Counted from the stretch's first letter, positions 37,147-47,315 are shown. The stretch: 64,000 nt of DNA from Candidatus Azophilus sp. (GCA_965221465.1 OZ244892.1:1577536-1641535); one strand, 5' to 3'. Notes: generated by a model from the sequence alone, not told the origin. Made by a program: numbers and translations.

Positions 37147-37920
37147 ATGAACATGCTCGAGCGCTTCCGACTGGACGGCAAGGTCGCGGTCGTGACCGGC
37201 GGCGGGCGCGGCATTGGCCGGGGTATCGCCCTGGCGCTCGCCGATTGCGGGGCCGATGTCGCGGTCGTCGCCCGGCGCCGGCACGATGTCGAGACCGTGG
37301 CGGGCGAAATCGAGACGCGCGGTCGTCGCGGTCTGGGCTTGTCGGCAGACGTCATGGACTTCGAAGCCATTCCGACGGTGCTCGACCGGGTGGTCGACGA
37401 ATTCGGTGGCCTCGACATAATGGTGAACAACGCCGGCGGCAACCTGGATCGTAAAATGTACGCCTTGCCCGAAATGTCGCTAGCCAAGTTCGACGAGCAA
37501 CTCGCGCTAAACATGAAGACCAAGTGGTGGGGCTCGCAGCAGGCCGCCAGGCGCATGCAGAACGGCGGGCGCATCATCAACATCATCTCCATTGCGGCGC
37601 ACAAGCCTTCTCCCGGATTCGGTGTCTACTCCGCCGCCAACATGGGCATGATCAGCATGACGCGCACGCTTGCCGTCGAACTCGCGCCGAAGGGAATCAC
37701 CGTGAACTGCATCGCCCCCGGCGTCATCGTCACGGAAATGCTGGTGGAGACCATGAAGATCTCCGAAGAAGAAGCGCGCGCCGCCATGGCCCCGCAAATC
37801 CCCCTCGGGCGCACCGGCACACCGGAAGATTGCGCCGCCGCCGCCGTCTTCTTCGCCTCGCCCGCCGCAGAGTGGACGACAGGACAGTTCATCGACGTGG
37901 CCGGCGGTCAGCCCAACTGA
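37147..37920 (+). CDS. Short-chain dehydrogenase/reductase (atypical catalytic motif)
   Basis: 257 aa. TGGGRGIGRG cofactor motif. The active-site region reads YSAAN instead of YxxxK. GAAGGAG Shine-Dalgarno. Confidence 0.85.
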   Translation: MNMLERFRLDGKVAVVTGGGRGIGRGIALALADCGADVAVVARRRHDVETVAGEIETRGRRGLGLSADVMDFEAIPTVLDRVVDEFGGLDIMVNNAGGNLDRKMYALPEMSLAKFDEQLALNMKTKWWGSQQAARRMQNGGRIINIISIAAHKPSPGFGVYSAANMGMISMTRTLAVELAPKGITVNCIAPGVIVTEMLVETMKISEEEARAAMAPQIPLGRTGTPEDCAAAAVFFASPAAEWTTGQFIDVAGGQPN

Positions 37921-37960
37921 TAGGGGCGCGGCTGTATCCGAAACAGCGGTTTACCCCGCA

Positions 37961-37999
37961 GTGCATCGGCGTCCGCAGCAGGAAGCTGGTGACGGATGC
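37961..37999 (+). repeat. REP-like element (GCATCGGCGTCC variant)
   Basis: GTGCATCGGCGTCCGCAGCAGGAAGCTGGTGACGGATGC, between convergent genes. Confidence 0.75.
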
Positions 38000-38016
38000 G
38001 GGCTGGATAGGCATTT

Positions 38017-39900
38017 CTATGCCTGCTCGATCGGTTCACCGCTCCATTCGAGCGCATCGATCAGGGGCACGAGGTGTTTCTCGAATCGCTCCCAGGCGTC
38101 CAAGGAGTCCGTGTAGATGGGTTCACGCACCTGGCTGGCACTGGGCGTCTTCACGAGTCGGCGGGTCTGGTGAAACTCGAGAACCTCGGATTCGAAGGGC
38201 AAGTCCAGATAACCGAGCAAGCGCCGACTCTGGCCTTGCAGATCGGCCACCGTGTCCTCGTAACGAACGTCGAGAATCCGGCCGGGAAAAAGCAACTTCC
38301 ATTGTTCGAGAAGTTGCTGGTGCCGCCGGTAATAGCGCCCCAAGGCGGTCAGCGAATGGGCGTAGGTCTGCTTTTCGTCGAACGGAATCCGGTGGATGGC
38401 CCAGCAGTTGGCGACCGGCTCCCGGTGGCAGTAGACGAAACGGGCGTGCGGCAGGGCGATGCCGAGCAAGCCGATGTACTGGAAATTGAGCGGCGTCTTG
38501 TCGACCACGTAGCGCGCGCCCAGGTGGATGGGCGAGTGCCGGCCAACGTAGTATTCGCCGAGTTCGCGGAATTGCGTTGGCGACAGCAGTTGCATGTTGT
38601 CCGGGAACTTCTGGCCGGTGATATCGCGCACACGGTGCGCCGTGTCGTAGGCATAACTCAACTCGCCAGCGCCGGCAATGGCGCTGTGGCTCGCAAGTAT
38701 CTGTTCGGTGAGACTGGTGCCCGACCGGGGCATGCCGACCACGAACACCGGCCGGTCGTCCGGGCATCCGCATTCGCGGCCGACGCGAGCCACCGCCTCG
38801 GCCGCGCGGCGGTATAGCCCTTCGAGGTATTCCGCCGTCTCCGCATCGTCATAGGGTCGGGTCTCGGCTTTCATGGCATTTCCTTCGGCCACAAAGGCGA
38901 AGGCCCCATCGTAATCCCCTCGCTGCTCCAGCGCCCGGGCCAGACCGAAGGCGAGATACATGCGGTTGTTTCGAGACAGGTCCGGCAGTTCCCAGGCGGA
39001 GCGCATCGCCCCGAGTTCGGCTTCGGCACCGGTACGCCCGCTGATCTGCGCGAGTTGGTAGTGGGCAATTCCCATTTCCGGGGCAGCATCGATCGCGGCC
39101 TGGAAGTGTGTCGCTGCGCAATCGCGGTCGCCCATCTGCTCGTGCAGCACACCGAGCACATGATGCGCTTCGGGATTGCGCGGTTCGATGTCCAGTACCC
39201 CGTGCAGGGTTTCGAGAGCTTCCTGCGGTGCTTCCATGTCGCGCTGCGCACGTGCCATGTTGATCATTGCGGCCGCATACTTCGGGCTCAATTCGGCAGC
39301 CCGGCGGTAGTGTTGCAATGCGGCCTCGTACTTGGCCTGGGCCAGGAGGATGTCGCCTTTGTTGTTCCAGGCCTGAGCCAGTTCCGGGTCGATTTGCAAC
39401 GCCTTGTCGACCGCTCGGAGCGCCTGTTCGTGACGATCGGCCTCGTGCATCGCCGCTGCCAGATTGCTCCAGCACTCGGCGAAGGATGGACGCAGGTCCA
39501 GCGCCTGCTCGTAGCAGCGCGCCGCTCGCTCCGGCTGCTCCAGAAGACGCAGGACATTGCCGAGATTGTTGTGCACGACCGGATTGCGGGGATGCAATCG
39601 GATCGAATTCCGGAAGTGCCGAACGGCTTCCCGGAGCTTGCCGGAATCCTTGTAAGCCAGAGCGATATTCGCATGCGCGTCCGCATCCCGGTCGTCCACC
39701 GCCAGCGCCCGTTCGATGAACCGAATGGCTTCCTTCGGACGGTTTGCGTTGACGCGGAGCATGCCCAGCAGGTTCAGCGCGTGGACGTTCTCGGGGTCGC
39801 GACTCAGCACCGCAAGATAGTGCTTCTCCGCCTTTTCAATGTCTCCAGCCTGTTGTGCCCGATATCCGGATTCCAGTGCGCGTACGATCGCTTCCCGCAT
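38017..39900 (-). CDS. TPR-repeat protein fused to a sulfotransferase domain
   Basis: 627 aa. N-terminal ~350 aa of TPR repeats. C-terminal sulfotransferase with PAPS-binding-like GMPRSGTSLTEQ. Confidence 0.8.
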   Translation of the reverse strand: MREAIVRALESGYRAQQAGDIEKAEKHYLAVLSRDPENVHALNLLGMLRVNANRPKEAIRFIERALAVDDRDADAHANIALAYKDSGKLREAVRHFRNSIRLHPRNPVVHNNLGNVLRLLEQPERAARCYEQALDLRPSFAECWSNLAAAMHEADRHEQALRAVDKALQIDPELAQAWNNKGDILLAQAKYEAALQHYRRAAELSPKYAAAMINMARAQRDMEAPQEALETLHGVLDIEPRNPEAHHVLGVLHEQMGDRDCAATHFQAAIDAAPEMGIAHYQLAQISGRTGAEAELGAMRSAWELPDLSRNNRMYLAFGLARALEQRGDYDGAFAFVAEGNAMKAETRPYDDAETAEYLEGLYRRAAEAVARVGRECGCPDDRPVFVVGMPRSGTSLTEQILASHSAIAGAGELSYAYDTAHRVRDITGQKFPDNMQLLSPTQFRELGEYYVGRHSPIHLGARYVVDKTPLNFQYIGLLGIALPHARFVYCHREPVANCWAIHRIPFDEKQTYAHSLTALGRYYRRHQQLLEQWKLLFPGRILDVRYEDTVADLQGQSRRLLGYLDLPFESEVLEFHQTRRLVKTPSASQVREPIYTDSLDAWERFEKHLVPLIDALEWSGEPIEQA

Positions 39901-39993
39901 GGTTGTCTACGTATCCGCACCGCGACTGTCGCGCCATCCTGCAAAGTCCCTCACGCGTGGGAGCTTTGCACGGAATCGAGCGGAAATGCCGGG

Positions 39994-42522
39994 TCAGAAA
40001 TCCCAGGCCACCCGCACGCCCCAGGTGCGCGGATTGTTGAAATCGGCTACCGCACGCCCTTGACTGTACTGGTCGCCGCCGATCTGCACGGTCTTGTCGG
40101 TGGCGTTCAGCACATAGGCCTGCAGCGTCAACGGCATTTCCGCGGACCGCCAGGTGGCGCGCAAGTCCAGGGTGAGATAGGCGTCCTGTCGGGTGAAGAA
40201 GTACTCGATGTTGGTTGTCTTGTAGTTGTCCGAGCGATACAGATATACACCGGGTTCTATCTGGCCCACGTTGCCGAGGTCGAACAGGTAGCTGACATCG
40301 AGAGCCAACGTGTAGCTTGGGGAGAACCGCGCCTTCTTGCCGTCGAGAATGTACACCTGAGAACAGGTGTGGTCGCAGGGGTCGACGGTCACGATCTGCT
40401 GATCGCCGCCGCTGCGGAACACGCGATTGAGCACGGAGCGGCCGAACTCGTCGAGTTCCGAATCGTTCAGAGCCAGCCCCGCGGTCACGTTCAGGCGCTC
40501 GTCGGGCGACCAGTTCAGTTCCGCTTCCAGGCCCTTGGATGTCATGGTGCCCGCAACGGTGCCAACGGCCACGATGGTCTGGCCCTGGGCGACGAACGAA
40601 GAGGTGGTCAAGCCCTTGTAGTCGTTGTAGTAGGCGGCCATGTTCAGCCGCATCGTGCCGTCGAGCAGGGTGGTCTTCAAACCCGCCTCGTAGGCGTCGA
40701 CCTCGTTGGGGTCGGTAAGATCGGTGGAACCGCCCCCTTCGATCGACCCGGCGATGTAGCCGGTGGCAGCGGATGCATAAACCATGGTGTTGTCGCCGAT
40801 GTCGTACTGCACGGCGACCTTCCAGTCGGTGTGCGAGGCCTTGCCGGTGTTGCGGCCATCGATGCTGGCCTGGGTCTCGACGAATTCCGGCCAGTCGGCG
40901 AATCGGCTGCCGGGGTCGGTGAGGTGCGCATCTGCATAACCCGCGGCAAAGCCATGCACGCTCGGGCCCCAGTCCACGTACTTGTTGAAGAATTGGCGCT
41001 TGTCGGTGGAGCGACGCAAGCCCGCCGTCAGGCGCAGCCGGTCGGTCAGCGAGTATTCGGCCTGACCGTAGATGGCCGTCGATTTGGTGCCGCCGTTGCC
41101 CTGGTAAAGCCAGTGCCCCCAGGTGACGTTCTGCGGCGCTGCGGCATCGGTATAGCCCCAGACGAACTCGCTGGAGGTATCGCCGTCGCCGGAGTCATCG
41201 TAGTAGAAGTAGCCCAGGGTCCACTGCAGCGGGCCGTCGCCCATGGAGGCAAGGTTGATATCCGCTTGCCAGGCATTGGAATTGACCCTCTGTCCAGCGG
41301 CCAGGCCGCAGGAAGGGCCGCCCCAGCATTGCGACCAGTAACCCGGGCCCGTGGCGGTCGGCGGGGCTACACCCGGGTTGCGCTCCCCCCAGCCGGTTGG
41401 ATTCGGCGAAAAATCCGAGTCGGTCAGCCGGAATTCCTCGTAGTCGAACCAGCCCACATTGGCGCGCAGTGCAACCGTACCGATATCCCAGTTGACCCTG
41501 GCGCTGAACGACGTTTCCTCGATGTCGCGCAGGGGCGTGAAGTCGCTGGCGATGCGGTAGACGCCCGGTGTTGTCGAGGCGGCAGGGTCGACACCGAACG
41601 TGCCGGCCTGATTGCGTCCGCCCGCCCCCGGCCAGCTGTCGTTCTCGGTTCCCGGCAGCCGGCCCTGGCGAGGCTGCATGACACCGTTGATGCCGTCCGT
41701 GAGGCCCGTCTCCGGGTTGACGGGAATACCGAGGATGACCCCCGCGTAGTCGGCGTTGCCGTTCGATTCGTCGTTCCAGTAGGTGGCGGTAAAGGTGACG
41801 TCGAAGTCGTCGGTCGGTTCGATGCTCAGTTGCACCCGGCCGTAGAGGTTGTCGTCGTCGCGCATGCCGCCGTCTTCGTTGTAGACATTCTTGATCATCG
41901 GGTCGCGAAACGTGTCGCTTGCGGTTACCCGCAATGCCACGGCATCGCTCAACGGCACGTTCACGAAGCCCTCGATGCGGCGGTAGGAGTAGTTGCCCAG
42001 CGTGACCGCTGCGCCGTAATCGAATTCCGTCGTGTCCGGTTTGCGCGCGATGATGTTGGCCAGCCCGCCGAAGGTGTTGCGGCCGAACAGAGTACCCTGA
42101 GGGCCGCGCAGCAGTTCCACCCGCTCGACATCGAGCCAGCTCGCCAGTGCCTGCCCATAGCGCGGCCGGTACAGGCCATCGACGTATATCGGCACGGCCA
42201 CGTCGTTGGTGCCCGCGGTGCCGGCGCCACGGACGATGATCGACGGATCAGCCCCCACGTAACGGACCTTGAGGCCCGGCACGACCTTGTCGAGATCGAG
42301 CACGTTCACCATCTGCAGGTCGGCGATCAAATCGCTGTCTATGGCGGTGACTGCCACGGCCAGATCCTGCACACTGCTCTCGCGCTTGGTGGCGGTAACG
42401 ATGACTTCTTCGATCATGCCTCCGCCCTGCTCGGCCCAACCGGGCGCGGCCATCGTCGCCGCAATGGCGGCGGCCAGTGCCGAAAACGGTACCGGAGGTC
42501 TTGCTGATTTGGTCGGATTCAT
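39994..42522 (-). CDS. TonB-dependent outer-membrane receptor
   Basis: 842 aa. Signal peptide ending APGWA, plug EEVIVTATKRESSVQD, C-terminal ...GVRVAWDF. GGGGAGA Shine-Dalgarno. Confidence 0.9.
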   Translation of the reverse strand: MNPTKSARPPVPFSALAAAIAATMAAPGWAEQGGGMIEEVIVTATKRESSVQDLAVAVTAIDSDLIADLQMVNVLDLDKVVPGLKVRYVGADPSIIVRGAGTAGTNDVAVPIYVDGLYRPRYGQALASWLDVERVELLRGPQGTLFGRNTFGGLANIIARKPDTTEFDYGAAVTLGNYSYRRIEGFVNVPLSDAVALRVTASDTFRDPMIKNVYNEDGGMRDDDNLYGRVQLSIEPTDDFDVTFTATYWNDESNGNADYAGVILGIPVNPETGLTDGINGVMQPRQGRLPGTENDSWPGAGGRNQAGTFGVDPAASTTPGVYRIASDFTPLRDIEETSFSARVNWDIGTVALRANVGWFDYEEFRLTDSDFSPNPTGWGERNPGVAPPTATGPGYWSQCWGGPSCGLAAGQRVNSNAWQADINLASMGDGPLQWTLGYFYYDDSGDGDTSSEFVWGYTDAAAPQNVTWGHWLYQGNGGTKSTAIYGQAEYSLTDRLRLTAGLRRSTDKRQFFNKYVDWGPSVHGFAAGYADAHLTDPGSRFADWPEFVETQASIDGRNTGKASHTDWKVAVQYDIGDNTMVYASAATGYIAGSIEGGGSTDLTDPNEVDAYEAGLKTTLLDGTMRLNMAAYYNDYKGLTTSSFVAQGQTIVAVGTVAGTMTSKGLEAELNWSPDERLNVTAGLALNDSELDEFGRSVLNRVFRSGGDQQIVTVDPCDHTCSQVYILDGKKARFSPSYTLALDVSYLFDLGNVGQIEPGVYLYRSDNYKTTNIEYFFTRQDAYLTLDLRATWRSAEMPLTLQAYVLNATDKTVQIGGDQYSQGRAVADFNNPRTWGVRVAWDF

Positions 42523-42663
42523 CGATCGATTCTCCCCATGAATGTCAATTGGCTGGCTCGCTGCCACAACTGCCAATATACGCCCTTTGTACTTCGAATG
42601 TAAGGAATCGGTGCGTTTCTTGCGGGTGATCGTCTCACCCCTCGATTTAACTTTTATTGATGT

Positions 42664-42692
42664 ATTTCAATATGATAAACCCAGATTTTCAA
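42664..42692 (-). promoter_or_regulatory. Candidate sigma70 promoter in the AT-richer region upstream of the TonB-dependent receptor
   Basis: Minus strand TTGAAA, 17-nt spacer, TGAAAT. It is the only clearly AT-rich patch in this intergenic region. Confidence 0.3.
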
Positions 42693-43040
42693 GTCGGCCG
42701 GTGTGCCGTAGCCTATCCTGCCGCCAAATCGGCGCGATGACGAGGCGTTCTTGTTCAGTTGCGGTTAACTTCGTAGTACGTCCAACGCGGTGCGAGGGTT
42801 TTCGGGAAAACGCGTCGCGAGAAGCCGCAGGCTATCGCCCCTCTCCAACCCCGAAGCTCGTACCCGCCGAACGGTCCGGCAAATCAGCGCCATGTGCACG
42901 CCCGAAGCGGGCGCGAGATCGACCCACCGTTCCGAAACAATCCGGATAGCCCCGGCACGCGGGTGCCATGCCCGGCGCGCACCGCTTGACCGTGGCTTGC
43001 ATTCGAAGTTACTTTGCTCCGCCAGAAAGGACAGCGTTCC

Positions 43041-44747
43041 ATGGCCGACACGTCCGCCGCCAGCAGGCATGCGACAAGTCGTGGGCGCCGTCCGACAAGG
43101 CTTCATGGAGTTCCCTTCGAGATTGCGAGGCAGACGGCCTTGAGTGAATTTGGCGCATTGAACTGGTCCATCGTGGCCGTCTACATCGCCGGCAACCTCG
43201 TGCTCGGGTATTTTCTCAGCAAGCGCGTCCAGACTGCCGAACACTACTACCTCGGCCGGCGCACGACGCCCTGGTGGGCGATCGGCATTTCCGTGGTCGC
43301 CACCTATTTCGGAGCCCTCACTTTTCTGGGCGGCCCGGCGTGGTCGTACACGGAAGGGTTCTCCGTCATTTTCATCCACATCAACTACCCCATTGCGGTC
43401 TTCGTCGTGGTCACGGTATTCCTGCCGTTCTTCTATCGCAGTGGCGTCGCTTCCATTTTCGACTACCTCGAGCATCGGTTCGGCCTGGCGTCCCGCACGG
43501 TGATGTCGGCGGTCTTCCTGCTCGGCAACATCGCCTACTCCGGGATCATGCTCTACACCACCGCGCTGGTGCTGGAATTCATCACGGGTATCGGCGTGGT
43601 GGACGCCATTCTCGTTCTGGCGGTGGTGGCCGTGACGTATACCATGCTTGGCGGCATCTCCGCGGTGATCTGGACCGATGTGATCCAGGCATCGATTCTC
43701 TTCTTCGGCGCCCTGCTGACCGCCGGCCTGCTGCTCGGCGCGCTGCCGGATTCCCTGCCCAACACCCTGGCCTCATTGAAGGCCGCGGGCATAACCGACC
43801 CGTTCGAATACTCCTTGGACCCTGCAAAGGTCGGCACGATCTGGACGGGCGTGATCGCCATGTCGATCTACCATGTCGTCGTCTACGGCGTAAACCAGAT
43901 GATGGTGCAACGCACGCTGGCGGCACGGACCCTGGGCGATGCGAAAAAAGCCTACATCGCGATGGGCTACGTCGCCTTCCCGGCCTTCGTGCTGTTCTTC
44001 GGGCTCGGGGTGCTCTTGCACGCCTATTATGGCGGGCGTGCGTTCGACAACGAAAATCTGATCGTCCTGAAATTTGTCGCCGGCATTGCGGCGCCGGGGC
44101 TCATGGGCATCCTGACTGCGGCTGTGGTCGCCGCGGCGATGTCGAGCCTCGACTCGAGCCTGAATTCCATGGCGACCGTCACCAACCTGGATTTCTACGC
44201 GAAGTTCGCGAAAAAGGACGGCACTCCAGAGCACTACCTGAAAGCATCACGCTGGTTCACCCTGTTCTGGGCGGTGCTGATGGTGATTCCGGCCATCGCT
44301 TTCACCAAGGCGGGAGGCTCCGTGCTCGAGGTGCTGAGCAAGGTCGGCTCGTTCTTCGTCGGTTCGAAGCTCGCCATGTTCGGAATGGGATTCTATTCGA
44401 AGCACGCCTCGGAAAAGGGCCTGCTGATCGGCGTTGCGGCGGGATTCCTGGCGTTGTGGTACGTCGAAGCAAACCACGACATCGCCTGGCCCTGGTATTG
44501 CGCGCTGGGCGCCGTCGTCAGCATCGTCATTGCCTGGATCGCCAGCATTGCCCTGGATGGATATCAGCGCGAATACTCCGAGTACACCGTGCAGGGCCAG
44601 AAGGAGAAGTTCCGCCGCGAACAGCTCGACGAGAAGGAGGACGGCTGGTACGTCCTGCCGGGCAAGGTCGACCGCGCCAGTTACTGGCTGTTGGCGTATT
44701 TCGGGCTCTGTGTCCTGGGGCTGGCCGCGATGCAGGCGACAATCTGA
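43041..44747 (+). CDS. Sodium:solute symporter (SSS family)
   Basis: Polytopic protein; SIVAVYIAGNLVLGYFLSKR...YYLGRR is typical of SSS. ATG 43041 is preceded by GAAAGGACAGCGTTCC, which resembles the repeat-element tail. TTG 43140 is an alternative start. Confidence 0.8.
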   Translation: MADTSAASRHATSRGRRPTRLHGVPFEIARQTALSEFGALNWSIVAVYIAGNLVLGYFLSKRVQTAEHYYLGRRTTPWWAIGISVVATYFGALTFLGGPAWSYTEGFSVIFIHINYPIAVFVVVTVFLPFFYRSGVASIFDYLEHRFGLASRTVMSAVFLLGNIAYSGIMLYTTALVLEFITGIGVVDAILVLAVVAVTYTMLGGISAVIWTDVIQASILFFGALLTAGLLLGALPDSLPNTLASLKAAGITDPFEYSLDPAKVGTIWTGVIAMSIYHVVVYGVNQMMVQRTLAARTLGDAKKAYIAMGYVAFPAFVLFFGLGVLLHAYYGGRAFDNENLIVLKFVAGIAAPGLMGILTAAVVAAAMSSLDSSLNSMATVTNLDFYAKFAKKDGTPEHYLKASRWFTLFWAVLMVIPAIAFTKAGGSVLEVLSKVGSFFVGSKLAMFGMGFYSKHASEKGLLIGVAAGFLALWYVEANHDIAWPWYCALGAVVSIVIAWIASIALDGYQREYSEYTVQGQKEKFRREQLDEKEDGWYVLPGKVDRASYWLLAYFGLCVLGLAAMQATI

Positions 44748-44801
44748 CGCGGTTTCGGCGAGGGCTGCGACAACCGGAACGGCTTTTGCCGCTCTGCACT
44801 G

Positions 44802-45797
44802 TCATCTGGAGGCGGACGTACTGCGCGCGAGCACATCGACGCCCAACTCCGCCATATAGTGCAACAGGTCGATAAATACCCAGTTCTCCGCGAGCTTGCC
44901 GCCTTCCCGGCGATAGATGTCCACCACACGCATTTCGGTCCGGCGGTCCGATGCCGGCAACCCCAGGAAGCCGCGGCCCTGGTTCATGAACAGGTTCGGC
45001 CACCCGAACCAGCCGCCATAACGGCCTTCCGCATGTTCCAGCACATGGCCGTTGAACTCGATATTTGCGAGACCCGTGCGGAATGGCCCCTGGTGCTGGA
45101 CCTGATAGCGTTCGATCGTGCAGGTCGCGCCGATTCCCGAGGGCCCGAACCAGATCATGTCGTCATGCCAGGTGCTGGCGAGCGATGCATTGGACGAGCG
45201 GAAGCCGTCCTTTTCGACCAGGTCGCTGCACATCGTCATGATGAGTTCCAGGGTTCGCTGCGATTCGATTTCGTCTTGTGCCTCGAACAGCAACCCGTCC
45301 TGGGTGCGTGGCCCCGGATTCACGATCTCCGCCCCGGTCTGCATGGGCAGCGGTGCAAGTCCTGCCTGTTTCATGACGCTTACGATGTCGCAGAAAAAAG
45401 CCGATTCGGCAATCCGGCCGCGCTCGATCCGGTGAAATTCGCAGTACGGTATGAGAACGATCTTTCCGGTGGGTGGAATACCGAGCCAGGGCGCATCGAA
45501 CAGCCCCATGAACTTTCCCATATCGGTGACCCACAGACTACCGTCGAGGCGGTTCGGAGCCGCCATGAATACTTCCTGACGGCGGTGCAGCGCGCTGACT
45601 GCGGCGCGCATCGGGCGCCACACCTGTTCCGTCACCTGCCGGGCACCGTCGATCTCATTGAACGGGTGAACGCCCCGAAAGCGGTAGCCGGGAAGGGTAT
45701 GGCGGTCGATGACAGCTGCAAGTTTGTCAGGCGCCGCCGTCTCGAACTCCTCGAAGTAGCGCCGCACCACTGCCTTTGCCCGTTGAATGTCGTTCAT
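44802..45797 (-). CDS. Tandem SnoaL-like (ester-cyclase / NTF2-fold) two-domain protein
   Basis: 331 aa. Two SnoaL-like halves (AKAVVRRYFEEF... and QRTLELIMTMCSDL...). Confidence 0.65.
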   Translation of the reverse strand: MNDIQRAKAVVRRYFEEFETAAPDKLAAVIDRHTLPGYRFRGVHPFNEIDGARQVTEQVWRPMRAAVSALHRRQEVFMAAPNRLDGSLWVTDMGKFMGLFDAPWLGIPPTGKIVLIPYCEFHRIERGRIAESAFFCDIVSVMKQAGLAPLPMQTGAEIVNPGPRTQDGLLFEAQDEIESQRTLELIMTMCSDLVEKDGFRSSNASLASTWHDDMIWFGPSGIGATCTIERYQVQHQGPFRTGLANIEFNGHVLEHAEGRYGGWFGWPNLFMNQGRGFLGLPASDRRTEMRVVDIYRREGGKLAENWVFIDLLHYMAELGVDVLARSTSASR

Positions 45798-45829
45798 GCC
45801 GTTCTCGATCGGGATCGCCGCAATCCGCG

Positions 45830-46963
45830 CTACGCAAGCTGCATCATGAGGTCGAGTTCGTTGAAGAGCATCCATTCCCGAACGATGCGGCCGGCAACGA
45901 TCCGATGCTGCGTGATTCCCCAGATCTGTACCGGGCGGCCGGTCGGTTCGCCGTAGATGCCGGCGCCGGTGTGGACGCCCTCCCCGCTCCACCGATGCGC
46001 TGTCAGATAGCCCTCCGAATCGTTCCCAATCCAGTAGACTTCGTCCACTTGCAAGTGCAGATCCGGGAACGCCGCAAGGATCGATTCGAGCATTTGCCGG
46101 TACGACCGCGCACCCCGGCCGACACGGTCGGTCGGTCCCTGAAACGGGAATCCGGGCTCATAGGCCGTATCCAGACGGTCGAACGAGCGGCGGTTCCAGA
46201 GCGCATCGAAGGTCGCCCTGACAAAACGGTCCGGATCGAATCCGTACACCGGCTCGCCAACCGAAAGCGGCGCGGGAGGGCGTGCTGCGTTCCTCGAATC
46301 CGACCAGACGGCAGCGTTCCGGGGCCAGCCGGCGGGGGGTTCGGCGGCAAGCTTTGGCGCCATTTCCCGCAAGTCGAAGCCCAGCTGCTGCAGCAGGCTC
46401 GAGTTGTTGTACAGCACGTGCTCGAGGAAGATCTCGTTCTCGAGCGCGACGCAATTGGCGAACACCAGCACATCGACACTCTTGCCCGTGGGCGGGCCGT
46501 AGCGGCTCGGCCCGTCATTGACGCCGCGAATCAGCGTGCGATGGGAGGTATGAAATCCCACCTCGTCGTCGCCGGCCCAGACGATCTCGTCCGCGATCAG
46601 ACGGATGTCGGAGAAGGCACCCGTCGTGTGCCGGGTATCGTTCACGATCTTGTGCGCGCCAAGCTGCAGGCCGTAATCGTCGTAGACGTGGGCGCTGTCC
46701 GAATAGGTGTCGTAAATGTACTCCACCTGCCGGTCTTCCCAGATTCTGTAGGTGATGCGGACGATGTAGTCGATGATATTGCGGTAGTGCGCCTCGAAGC
46801 CGCGCAACGATTGGGATGGACCGAAGTCGTCGGGAATGCGTGTTTCTTTCGGTGTTCCTCTCCGGGTGTAGCGTTCGAGGGAAATCGAATAGCCGGGCGG
46901 CATATGGCGCCTTTCCAGGGGCGTCGCGATGCGCCCTGCCGTTCTTTTACTGTCGTCTGTCAT
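45830..46963 (-). CDS. Tandem SnoaL/NTF2-like two-domain protein
   Basis: 377 aa. Two NTF2-like halves (YRNIIDYIVRITYRIWEDR... and FVRATFDALWNRR...). Confidence 0.6.
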   Translation of the reverse strand: MTDDSKRTAGRIATPLERRHMPPGYSISLERYTRRGTPKETRIPDDFGPSQSLRGFEAHYRNIIDYIVRITYRIWEDRQVEYIYDTYSDSAHVYDDYGLQLGAHKIVNDTRHTTGAFSDIRLIADEIVWAGDDEVGFHTSHRTLIRGVNDGPSRYGPPTGKSVDVLVFANCVALENEIFLEHVLYNNSSLLQQLGFDLREMAPKLAAEPPAGWPRNAAVWSDSRNAARPPAPLSVGEPVYGFDPDRFVRATFDALWNRRSFDRLDTAYEPGFPFQGPTDRVGRGARSYRQMLESILAAFPDLHLQVDEVYWIGNDSEGYLTAHRWSGEGVHTGAGIYGEPTGRPVQIWGITQHRIVAGRIVREWMLFNELDLMMQLA

Positions 46964-47315
46964 GCAACCACCCCTAAACGGCCTGCGGCGCCGAATACTG
47001 CGCCCTTTCGACTTCGACCCGTGGCGCGGCCCGCCCGCCGCGTCGCGCACTTCGCTCTGAACCTCCGACGGCACGCGCCCCGCGAATCGGCAAGGCTGGC
47101 CCGTGCACCGGGTTCGGGATGCCGGGGGACAACTCTGCGCTATGATACTCGGCGCAAACGGGTATATCTCGCCCTGAATCCGGGCTGTTTCCCCAATGTC
47201 CGCAACGAGGGCTGCAACCTCTGAATCGGGCAACATTGTCGAATTGTCGAAGCAGCCCGTGCCGGGTCGGCAGCGGTTCCAATCAGGGCGCGAGGAGCAG
47301 GAGTTCAAGCAAGCG

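Noticed and set aside
39055-42507. Very long ORFs lying antisense to, or out of frame with, recognisable genes. Examples: 39055-42507 (+, 1150 aa), 9508-12102 (+), 14349-16715 (+), 33968-36334 (-), 4181-6052 (+), 1301-2848 (-), 18742-20346 (-), 59572-60909 (-).
   Set aside because: These are GC-rich shadow frames. Their translations are Arg/Ala/Gly/Pro-rich with no motifs. Each lies opposite a gene with strong family signatures.
42523-42760. A cobalamin riboswitch or Fur box upstream of the TonB-dependent receptor.
   Set aside because: There is no B12 box (GCCACTG-like) or conserved riboswitch core. The AT-rich TTTATCATATTGAAATACATC only loosely resembles a Fur box. Only a weak promoter call was kept.
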